DNA from: Mesoplasma florum L1 | GTDB lineage: Bacteria; Bacillota_I; Bacilli_A; Mycoplasmatales; Mycoplasmataceae | Length of the DNA: 32,000 bases | Assembly (NCBI RefSeq): GCF_000008305.1 | Contig: NC_006055.1 | Span: forward strand, 210,001-242,000 | Reading direction: 5' to 3' | In this document: positions 18,650-27,896 of the stretch, piece after piece | Layout: each line of letters starts with the position of its first letter | How positions within the stretch are numbered: position 1 is the first letter of the stretch | The notes under the pieces: generated by a model | What the model saw: the letters and a program-made list of their open reading frames with translations, nothing else | Database searches by the model: none | Told to the model about the DNA's origin: nothing | Position numbers and translations under genes: made by a program

Positions 18650-19130
18650 GTTTAGGTAGATAATTTAATTTAAATTCATTATCTAAATAAACTTGATAAG
18701 CATTATCTAAAAATCATTCATAAGGAATGGTTTTTTTATTTTTGTTGACTCAATTAATTAAAGTTAAATAGTTAACTAAGAAAAATTCTTCATAATTCCC
18801 AAAGTAAACTATAATAAAGGCTATTCCTTTATTATTTAGAACTAACTTTAACTTTTCATTTTGATTTTTTCTGATTAAATGAAAATCAAAATAATCTTTA
18901 TAAGTTTCTTTTGCTTCAAACTCAAAGTAAGTTCCTTTATATGCTCCAATGTAATCACAATTTAAACTATCTTTAAATTTAGCACTTGTGATTTGATTAT
19001 TTTTTGTAGTTATGGGAATTATATTAGTTGGTATCTTTGATACAACACAATCATTATTATCAATATATTTTTGATGCGTTATATTAAGCAAAGTCTCAAG
19101 AAACATTCCTTGATTTTTAATAGGATTCAT
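18630..19130 (-). CDS. recU: Holliday junction resolvase RecU (166 aa)
   Basis: GMFLETLLNITHQKY, the catalytic-core-like CDYIGAYKGTYFEFEAKET, and a C-terminal KTIPYEWF...LNYL. Minus ORF 18750-19130 is extended through two TGA codons to TAA (complement of 18630-18632). SD GAGGTG is upstream. Confidence 0.85.
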
Positions 19131-19178
19131 ACATTCACCTCATATTAGTATTAAGGGATTTTTTTATTTTTAATTACA

Positions 19179-19187
19179 TGATAAAAT
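19179..19187 (+). promoter_or_regulatory. Extended -10 element for the gpsB-like gene
   Basis: TGATAAAAT, 26 nt upstream of ATG 19213. Confidence 0.4.
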
Positions 19188-19212
19188 AAATAATATTGAA
19201 CGGAGGTATTTT

Positions 19213-19569
19213 ATGAAAAAACCTAATATATTAGCTGAAGAAATTTTATATGAAAAAATTCCCAAAGAGTTTCCAGGATATAAAATTGAAAGTGTAGATA
19301 GTTTACTAGATAAAATAATCGTTCAGATGAAATACTATGAAGAAGAACTGGAACAATTAAATAAAGTTTTAGAAGAAAAAAATAAAACAATAGCTGAGCT
19401 AGAACAAAAAGCATCTACTTATCAAGGGATGGCTATTTCAAAAAGTGCTGAGCTTGATAAACTAACAAAAGTTCATTTATCAAATTCTGATTTTGTAAAA
19501 CAAGCTAAACAAATTGATACATTAGAAAAAACAATGAAGTTAATTTTAGAAAAATTGGAAAATAAATAA
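19213..19569 (+). CDS. gpsB: DivIVA-domain protein, GpsB-like (118 aa)
   Basis: The N-terminal DivIVA signature is ILYEKIPKEFPGYKIESVDSLLDKII (F..RGY....VD.FLD type), followed by a coiled coil. Its size and its position between recU and rnpB match Bacillus gpsB. Confidence 0.65.
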   Translation: MKKPNILAEEILYEKIPKEFPGYKIESVDSLLDKIIVQMKYYEEELEQLNKVLEEKNKTIAELEQKASTYQGMAISKSAELDKLTKVHLSNSDFVKQAKQIDTLEKTMKLILEKLENK

Positions 19570-19606
19570 AAATTTTGTAAGTTAATAAATATAAGATAAA
19601 ATAATA

Positions 19607-19960
19607 TATGAGATTTTATGGTCAATCGCTGCATTTTTATTAATGTAGAGGAAACTCCACGCTTGCACAATCTGAGATGGTTGTAGTGATTATGCTAGAC
19701 GAAAAAATAAGTCTAGGCAATACGCAAGTATTGACGGCATAACTAACCTAAGGCTTTTGGCTATGGAGATGTTATGAAGTGCCACAGAGACGAGTATAGG
19801 GAAACCTTGAAATGGAACGCGGTAAACCCCATAAGTAAGAAACTTAAATTTTGGTAAAGGAACTTGGCGAACAGAAATGAATGTAAACCAGGAGGATTAT
19901 ATCCTAGATAGATGATTGACACCGAAAGGTACAAAACGTGGGTTATAGTAAAATCTCATA
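19607..19960 (+). ncRNA. rnpB: RNase P RNA (bacterial type B-like, about 350 nt)
   Basis: The P1 stem TATGAGATTTTA (19607-19618) pairs perfectly with TAAAATCTCATA (19949-19960). Conserved blocks are GAGGAAACTCCACGC (the P4 5' strand), GTGCCACAGAGACGAG, GGTAAACCCC, ACAGAAATGAATG and ACAAAACGTGGGTTATAG (the P4 3' strand). The region is GC-enriched relative to its surroundings and has no ORF. Confidence 0.9.
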
Positions 19961-19984
19961 TTTTTTAATAGTTTGTGGTGAATT

Positions 19985-20452
19985 ATGGAAGCAATGATAA
20001 AACTTGTAAATTATTTAAACAAAACAAATCAAACAATATCTACTTGTGAATCTTTTACTGGTGGAATGTTTGCAAATGAAATAACAAATATTTCAGGAGC
20101 AAGTAATGTTTATTTAGGATCTTTTGTTAGTTATCAAAATTCATTTAAACAATCAATAGTAGGCGTAGGCGAACGAACTATTAAAAAATATGGTGTCGTA
20201 TCAGAGGAATGTGCAATTGAAATGGCACAAAATACATTGAAGTTAACTAAATCTGATTTTTCAATTAGCTTTACAGGGAATGCAGGACCATTGGCTATGG
20301 AAAACAAAGAAATAGGTTTAGCATATATTTGTATTTGCTCAAAATCAAAATATAAAGTTGTAGAAATTAATGAAAAAAATATGAATAGAATAGAATTTAA
20401 AGAAAATGGTTTAACTGTAGCATTAAATCTTTTTTTAGATTTCATTAAATAA
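19985..20452 (+). CDS. cinA: CinA C-terminal domain / PncC-like nicotinamide-nucleotide amidohydrolase (155 aa)
   Basis: TISTCESFTGGMFANEIT...GASNVYLGSFVSY...VSEECAIEMA...SISFTGNAGP, located immediately upstream of recA as in Firmicutes. Confidence 0.85.
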   Translation: MEAMIKLVNYLNKTNQTISTCESFTGGMFANEITNISGASNVYLGSFVSYQNSFKQSIVGVGERTIKKYGVVSEECAIEMAQNTLKLTKSDFSISFTGNAGPLAMENKEIGLAYICICSKSKYKVVEINEKNMNRIEFKENGLTVALNLFLDFIK

Positions 20453-20494
20453 AATAATTATTTACCTTAATAATTCATTGGAGGTAAGTAAATT

Positions 20495-21535
20495 ATGAGT
20501 AATAGTAAAATAGTAGAGGGGGCTTTAAAAACAATGAGTAGTAAAAATGAAATTTGAAAAAATGAAGCCCTTATTTCGGCTTTAAAAACAATAGAAAAAA
20601 ACTATGGTAAAGAAGCTTTAGTTGTTTATAATGAAGGCGATGATATTGACCATGATGTTATTTCATCGGGTTCTTTTTTAATTGATCAAGCAATTGGTAT
20701 AGGTGGTTATCCAAAGGGAAGAGTTGTTGAAATATTTGGTCCAGAATCTTCAGGAAAAACCACACTTGCATTACATGCAATTGCTGAAGCACAAAAACAA
20801 GGTGAAATTGCTGCTTTCATTGACGCAGAACATTCTCTTGACTTAAATTATGCTAAAAAAATAGGTGTTGATATAAATAGCTTGTTAGTTAGTCAACCAT
20901 CTTATGGAGAAGAGGCTTTAGATATTTTAGAAACTCTAGTTAAATCTAATTCTATAAGTTTGATAGTTGTTGATTCAGTAGCTGCTTTGGTTCCTAAAAC
21001 TGAATTAGAAGGTGAAATGTCTGACCAATCTATAGGACTTCAAGCAAGAATGATGTCAAAAGCTCTTAGAAAATTAAATGGAGTAATTTCAAAGTCTAAA
21101 ACAACTGTAATTTTTATTAATCAATTAAGAGAAAAAATAGGAATAATGTTTGGAAATCCAGAAACAACGACTGGTGGTAGAGCTTTAAAATTTTTCTCTA
21201 CTTTAAGAATAGAAGTAAGAAAAGGTGAATCTTTAATTGAAAATGGAATTGTTGTTGCTAACAAAGTAAAAGTAAAAGTTGTTAAAAATAAAGTTGCTGT
21301 TCCTTTTAAACAAACACTAATAACAATTGGTTATGACAAAGGAATTGAAAGAATTAATGAAATAATAGAATTAGCAACTCTTTATAATATTTTAGATAAA
21401 TCTGGTGTTTGATACTCATATGAAAAAGAAAAAATAGGACAAGGTAAAAACGCAGTAAAAGAATGATTAAATAAAAACCCTGATAAACTATCAAAAATAG
21501 AATTTGAATTAAAAGAATTTATTGAAAAATCATAG
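20495..21535 (+). CDS. recA: Recombinase RecA (346 aa)
   Basis: Walker [23 protein letters not shown] and [10 protein letters not shown]. The ATG at 20495 with SD GGAGG is joined to ORF 20882-21412 and the tail through TGA codons. Stop TAG at 21533-21535. Confidence 0.97.
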
Positions 21536-21624
21536 ACGCCTCTTATTTTAATCTATTTTTTTAATCTTCATTTTGAAGTATAATATATATGTGTCTAATA
21601 AACACACTTATATAAGGAGTAAAA

Positions 21625-23136
21625 ATGGGAATTATTATAGGTCTGATTATTGTATCAGTAGCCTTGATAATATCACTATGCTCATTACTTTATATATTGA
21701 CTTCTAAATCTCAAAAAGTCTTAAATGAAAAAAAGATAAAAGAAGCAAAAAATGAAAGAAAAAAAATTCTCTCAGATACATATAGAGAAATTAATGAACA
21801 AAAAAAGTCATTTGAAGAGAATCTTCAATTTGAAAAAAATAAATTAGAGATCGCTAAACAAAACATTGAAAATGAAAATAATTTATTAATCAAGGAAAGA
21901 GCTATTATTATCAAACAACAAGAAGCAATTGATGTTAAAAATACTGACTTGGATAAAAGAATAAAAAATTATTCTGATAAAAGAGAAGAGCTTATAAAAA
22001 GATTAGAAATTATTAGTAACATGACAAGTTTTGAAGCAAAAGCAGAGTTAATGAAAAATGTTGAATCAAAAATTCAATATGAAATTGTAAGTCAGATTAA
22101 ACAAGCTGAAAACTTAGCTCACGCAAGAGCTAAAGAATTATCAAATAATATTATTTTATCTGCAATGGAAAGATTTAAAACAGATATTGTTAATGAAAAA
22201 ACAACAAATTTAGTTAAATTGCCAAATGATGATATAAAAGGTTGAATCATCGGAAAAGATGGTAGAAATCTTAAAACTTTTGAACAATTAGCTGGTGTTG
22301 AAATAATTGTTGATGATACACCTGAAGTGGTAACTATTTCTTCTTTTAATCCGATTAGGAGAGAAATAGCAACAAAAACCTTAGAAAAATTATTAATTGA
22401 TAAAAGAATTCAACCAATAAAAATCGAAAAGGAATTAAAAGTACAAGAAAAATTAATTGATGAAACTATTTTAGAAATAGGATATCAAGTAATGGATGAG
22501 CTTGGTATTCATGATATGGACAAAGAACTTGTTAAATTAGTTGGTAAATTGAAATATAGAACAAGTTATGGTCAAAATGTTTTACTTCACTCAGTCGAAG
22601 TAGCTAAAATAGCTTCAAGTATTGCTTCTGAATTAGGTTTAAATGCCAAACAAGCGCTTAGAGCAGGATTACTACATGATATTGGTAAAGCAATTGATTT
22701 TGAAAAAACAGGTAGCCACGTATTCTTAGGCGTTGAAGTAGCTAGAAAATATGGTGAAGATGAAGTTATTATTAATTCAATTGAAGCTCACCATGAGGAT
22801 GTTGCTAAAGAGAGCGAAATAGCTGTCATAGTTGCAATAGCGGATGCTATTAGCGCTTCAAAACCAGGTGCTAGAAATAATTCAATAGAAGATTTTATTG
22901 TAAGAATGAAAGAAATTGAAAAAATTGGGAATAGTATTCCTGGAATTTCAAAAACTTATGCATTTCAAGCAGGAAGACAAATCAGAGTTATTGTTGATCC
23001 AGTAACTACTGATGACAAAGACCTTGCTGGTATATTAGAAACTCTAAAAAATGACTTAAAAAATAGTGTTATTATCCCAGGTGAAATAACAATTACAGCA
23101 ATAAGAGAAAAAAGAGAAATCTTAGTATTTAATTAA
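21625..23136 (+). CDS. rny: Ribonuclease Y (503 aa)
   Basis: It has an N-terminal TM helix, a coiled coil, a KH domain (GWIIGKDGRNLKTFE across the TGA junction) and an HD domain (LLHDIGKA, EAHHED). ORFs 21625-22245 and 22327-23136 are in the same frame. Confidence 0.93.
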
Positions 23137-23158
23137 AAGGTTGATAAACCTTTTTTTG
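23135..23158 (+). terminator. Rho-independent terminator after rny
   Basis: AAAAGGTT, loop GATA, AACCTTTT, then a T-run. Confidence 0.75.
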
Positions 23159-23208
23159 TTTGTCTAAAAGATTTAAAATTAATGTAAATAGGAATAGAGG
23201 GTCTTTAT

Positions 23209-24171
23209 ATGAAATTTGCAACAATTGGAACTGGATGAATAGTAAAAGAATTTTTAGATGCTGCAAAGGATTTTGCTGAGCTTGAATATTCTATTTGTTA
23301 TAGCAGAAAAAAAGAAACAGCTTTAAGTTTTTTAAATGAAACAAACAATACAAATACTAGAATACTTACAGATTTAAACGAGCTAGCAAAATCTGATTGT
23401 GATTTTGTTTACATAGCATCTCCAAATGGATTACATTATGAACAAACTAAACTTTTATTGGATAATCATAAAAATGTTATATTAGAAAAACCAGCAACTT
23501 TTAAAACACAACAAATAATTGAATTAAAAGAAATTGCCAATAAAAATAAAGTAATTTTAATGGAAGCAACAAAATCTGTTCACGTTGATGAACTTAAAAT
23601 TTTAGAAAGTTTTATAGAATCTAATAATGTTAATTCGGCTATATTTAATTTAAATCAATATTCAAGTAGAATGCCTGATGTAAAACAAGGAAAGTTTAAT
23701 TCTGTTTTTGATTTTGAACTTGGTAAAGGATCATCTTTTGATTTAAATGTTTATCCTGTAGAACTTGCAATTAAACTCTTTGGAAAAGTTTCAGATGTTG
23801 TTGCAAAAAATGTTAGATTAAAAAACAATGTTGGAATTATGAATCATTCAATTTTGTCGCATGAAAATGGAATAATAACTTCTATCACATGTTCAAAGAA
23901 TAATTTTCAATCAATAAACTCACAAATTTTTGCAGAAGATAAAAATGTAGAAATTAAAAACATCACATCAATAGATGAATTTACAATAAACAATTCTATT
24001 TTAAGAGTTGCTCCACTTAATATCAAAATTTCTAAATCAAATGCAATGTGATATGAAGTAAAAGATTTTATTAATCTAATATTAAATAAAGATTTTGAAA
24101 AAATGAATTATTGACTTGATATAACAATAGAAACCATAAGAGTACTTGAAATTATTGAAAATAATAACTAG
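23209..24171 (+). CDS. Gfo/Idh/MocA-family NAD(P)-dependent oxidoreductase (320 aa)
   Basis: N-terminal Rossmann segment MKFATIGTGWIVKEF, then YIASPNGLHYEQ and the family EKP motif VILEKPAT. ATG 23209 is joined to ORF 23458-24051 and a tail through TGA codons. Stop TAG at 24169-24171. Confidence 0.75.
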
Positions 24172-24223
24172 GTTATTATAAAAGAAATGAGTAAAAAGCA
24201 TTTAATACTTTATAATTATTAGT

Positions 24224-26338
24224 ATGAATAAAGAAATAATATTACAAATAGTTAAAGAAAATAATGAAATGATATCAATTAATAGTTTAGCAACGAAGCT
24301 AAACTATTTTGATTTACCAAAATTAGAAGATTACTTAAAAGAACTGAACGAAGAAAATATTCTTGCTTTCACTACTGAAAAAAATGTTTATTTATTGGGT
24401 GGTTCTTTTAAAAAAGGAAACTTGAGAATGAATCCAAAAGGATTTGGATTTGTAAACGACGTATTGCAACCTGAAGAAGAGGCTTATTTTGTTCCCCCTG
24501 TTAGTTTAAATGGATGTTTTGATAGTGATGAAGTTATTTTTAAAGTTGTTAAAGACCAAGAAAAAACAAGAGCTGAAATTGTTGAATTATGTTTAAGGGT
24601 TAAAGAATTTTTAATAGGAGAAATAGTAAGAAGTTTTGATGGTAAGTTTTTAGATTTTATACCTAGTGATCAAGCATTTACAGGTTTTAGAATTAGGATA
24701 TTAAATAAAAAAGAATTTCCAATTCAAGAATACCAAATTGTCAAAGCTAAAATAATATCAGTTAAAGAAAGATTATTATTTGTAAGACTTAAAAAAGTAA
24801 TAGGTGATGCTAGAAAAGCTAGTGATAGAATTTTATCCATTGCTGAAGAATTCGAAATTAGAACAGAGTTTGAAAAAGCAACTTTAAAAGAGGCAGAAAG
24901 AGTAAATGTTCCTGTTGAGCATGAAGTTGATGAAATAAACAGAAGAATGAAAAATTCATTATTAGATAAAATGGTTGTTACAATTGATGGAATTGACTCA
25001 AAAGATTTAGATGACGCAATATGTGTTGAAAAATTAGAAAATGGTGAATTTAAATTATATGTTGCTATTGCTGATGTTAGTCATTATGTTGAACCAAAAA
25101 CACCATTAGATAAAGAAGCATTAATAAGAGGTAACTCAACTTACTTAGCTAATAGAGTCTTACCTATGCTTCCAAAAATTTTAAGTGATGATTTATGTTC
25201 ATTAAATCCAAATACAAAAAAATTTGCATTAGCATGTGAAATGAAGTTTGATAAAAATGGAATTATGATTAGTAAAGAAGTTTATGAAACAATTATGATT
25301 TCAAAAGTAAGATTAAACTATAATGAAGTTAATGAATATATTGCAAATAAAACATGAAATCATTGCGAAGAATCAAGAACAATGATTGATCAAGCAATTG
25401 AACTATTTAAATTAATTGAACAAGTAAAAATTAAACGTGGAACAATTACTTTTGATGTTAGAGAACCAAAAGTAATAATGGATGAAAATAGTAACGTTAT
25501 TGAAATTAAAGCAAGACAAACTGGTGAATCTGAAAAGTTGATTGAACAATTTATGGTTAGTGCAAATGAAGCTGTTGCTGAAATAGTTTATGAAATGGAA
25601 TTACCATTTATTTATAGAAATCATGATAAACCTGATGAAGAAGATTTAATTACATGATATCAATCATTGAAATCATTTGGGATTGATCCTAAATTAACAC
25701 CATTGGAAATGTTAGATCCTATAAACATTAATAAAACATTAAAAAGAATTAGTGAACAAACCAAAGATCCTATTGAAGAAGAATTATTAAACTTATCTCT
25801 TTTAAGATATATGGCAAAAGCTAAATATGAATTAGAAAATATTGGGCATTTTGGTTTATCAAGTAAATGTTATACCCACTTCACTTCACCAATTAGAAGA
25901 TACAGTGATTTAATTGTTCACAGATATTTAAAACAATACATCATTAATAAAGATTATGATCAAAAAGCATTAGAAATGAATGAAGCATTTATCAAAAAAG
26001 CATCAGTAATAATTAATGAAACAGAAACAACTAGCGTAGACTGTGAACGAGAAGTAGTTAAAGCTTGTACAGTTGAATATATGAGCGATAAAATAGGAAA
26101 TATTTATGAAGGAACAATCTCTGTAGCATTAAAATTTGGTATTTTTGTTCAACTTGAAAATATGGTAGAAGGTTTGGTTCATATTTCAAATCTTGAACCT
26201 AACATAGTTTATGATGAAACTAATAAAATACTAATTAAACATGATAATACATTTTATAGAATGGGACAAAAAGTTAAAATTAAAGTTATAAGCGCTGATA
26301 TTAGAAAAAGAAAAATTGACTTTATTTTAGTTAAATAA
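24224..26338 (+). CDS. rnr: Ribonuclease R (704 aa)
   Basis: It has cold-shock-like N-terminal domains (PKGFGFV), RNB catalytic motifs (IDGIDSKDLDDA, HFGL, YTHFTSPIRRYSDLIVHR) and a C-terminal S1 domain (YEGTISVALKFGIFVQL). Three track ORFs share one frame, joined by TGA. Confidence 0.93.
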
Positions 26339-26357
26339 AAGTAAGGAGGTTCTTGTT

Positions 26358-26807
26358 ATGGGTGAACATGTTATTGCATTAAACAAAAAAGCAAAATTTA
26401 ATTATGAAATACTTGAAACTTGAGAAGCAGGAATTGAACTTTACGGACCTGAAATTAAATCTATTAGAAATCATGAAGCAAATATTGCTGAAGCATTTAT
26501 ATTAATCAGAAAAAAAGAAGCATTTTTAATAAATGCAAATATTAAAAAATATGATTATGCAAATTTTGTAAAAGGTATAGATCCTTTACGAACAAGAAAA
26601 TTGTTACTACATAAAAAGGAAATTAATAAAATTTTAAAAAGAGTAATGCTAGAAAAACTTACAATTGTACCTTTAAGACTTTATTTAAAAGGCAATTATG
26701 CTAAATTAGAAATTGGTTTAGGTCGTGGTAAGAAAATACATGATAAGAGAGAAACAATTAAAAAAAGAGATATTGAAAGAAAAGAAATGCGAAAATATAA
26801 ATATTAG
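26358..26807 (+). CDS. smpB: SsrA-binding protein SmpB (149 aa)
   Basis: [29 protein letters not shown]...[12 protein letters not shown]...[20 protein letters not shown] is upstream, and the gene sits directly after rnr. Confidence 0.93.
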
Positions 26808-26816
26808 GAGAACAAT

Positions 26817-27047
26817 ATGAATAGACAACAAACTATTGGATTAATTATTTTATTAATAGGTTTAGCATTTTTTATAGGTTTTGGTTTAATAGCATTGTTT
26901 TATAGAAAAACTATTAAGAAGTCTGATGATTTTTTAACTGAAAAAAAATATGTAGGTATGCGAGAATTTACAAAGACAAATTTTACACTTTTTCTTTCTT
27001 TATTTGGTTTAGTATTAGCAATAGCAGGATTAGTATTTTTAATCTAA
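26817..27047 (+). CDS. Small two-TM membrane protein, paralog A (76 aa)
   Basis: An intact ORF with SD AGGAG. It has two hydrophobic helices separated by a basic loop. The C-terminal block EFTKTNFTLFLSLFGLVLAIAGL is shared with the ORF at 27624. Confidence 0.6.
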   Translation: MNRQQTIGLIILLIGLAFFIGFGLIALFYRKTIKKSDDFLTEKKYVGMREFTKTNFTLFLSLFGLVLAIAGLVFLI

Positions 27048-27056
27048 AGGAGTATT

Positions 27057-27545
27057 ATGGAAAATAGCACAAATATGAATTCTCTTCCTTCATGGGGAAT
27101 AGCAATTTTAATAGTAATATTTGTCATAGCTTTAATTATTGCTTGTTGGGGTTTTTTATCAGGTTTTAATTTAAAAAGAAAACATTCTACAACTTCTTCT
27201 TCAATTGTTTGAAATGAATTATTTGTGAATAAGAAAGCAATTAAATTTGATCAAACTTTTAATATTAACAAAGGTATATTTGCTTTAACTTTTGCTAAAG
27301 TTGAAAAAAATGATTTTTTCCTGCCTATATATATATTTGAGACTGATGATTTTAAACGTGAGTCAAAAGAATTAATTTCAAAAATAATTGAAAATGAGTT
27401 TGAAACTATAAACAATTATATGAAAGAAAATAAAAAGAATTTAAAAGATATATTTTTTGTCCAATTAGAAGAAAAAACTTCTGATTTAAAAAAAGAAGAA
27501 TGAATTAAAAAAACCGGAAGCAAAAATAGAGGTTTTAATACATAA
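27057..27545 (+). CDS. Hypothetical N-terminally membrane-anchored protein (162 aa)
   Basis: ATG at 27057 with SD AAAGGAG. It has a single TM (WGIAILIVIFVIALIIACWGF) followed by a ~115-aa soluble K/E/N-rich domain. It joins ORF 27225-27503 through TGA codons. Stop TAA at 27543-27545, immediately followed by a strong terminator. Confidence 0.6.
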
Positions 27546-27548
27546 CAT

Positions 27549-27600
27549 GGTTTTATTTGGAATAATTTCCCAAATAAAACCTTTTTATCTTTTTTTATGT
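27549..27600 (+). terminator. Strong rho-independent terminator
   Basis: GGTTTTATTTGG (27549-27560), a 9-nt loop, CCAAATAAAACC (27570-27581), then TTTTTATCTTTTTTT. Confidence 0.8.
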
Positions 27601-27623
27601 GAAAATATACAATGAGGTGCAAA

Positions 27624-27857
27624 ATGGAAACAAACAAATTATTAGGATTAATTATAATGATTATCGGTCTATTAATAATGGTGATTTTTGGTGTGTTAGC
27701 TTTTTGGGTTAAGAACAGATCAAAGATTCATGATGAGTTTTATAGAAGAAATAAAGAAAGTCAAACTATTTGAGAATTCACTAAAAAGAATTTCCCTATT
27801 TTTCTATCTTTATTTGGATTTGTTATGGCGTTTTCAGGATTAATGATGTTAGTCTAA
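27624..27857 (+). CDS. Small two-TM membrane protein, paralog B (77 aa)
   Basis: METNKLLGLIIMIIGLLIMVIFGVLAFWVKNRSKIHDEFYRRNKESQTIWEFTKKNFPIFLSLFGFVMAFSGLMMLV. SD GAGGTG is upstream. One TGA hides it from the standard-code track. It ends 39 nt before ptsG. Confidence 0.6.
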
Positions 27858-27896
27858 TTTTGCACCATTAAAAACAAATTATGAAAGGGAAAAAAG

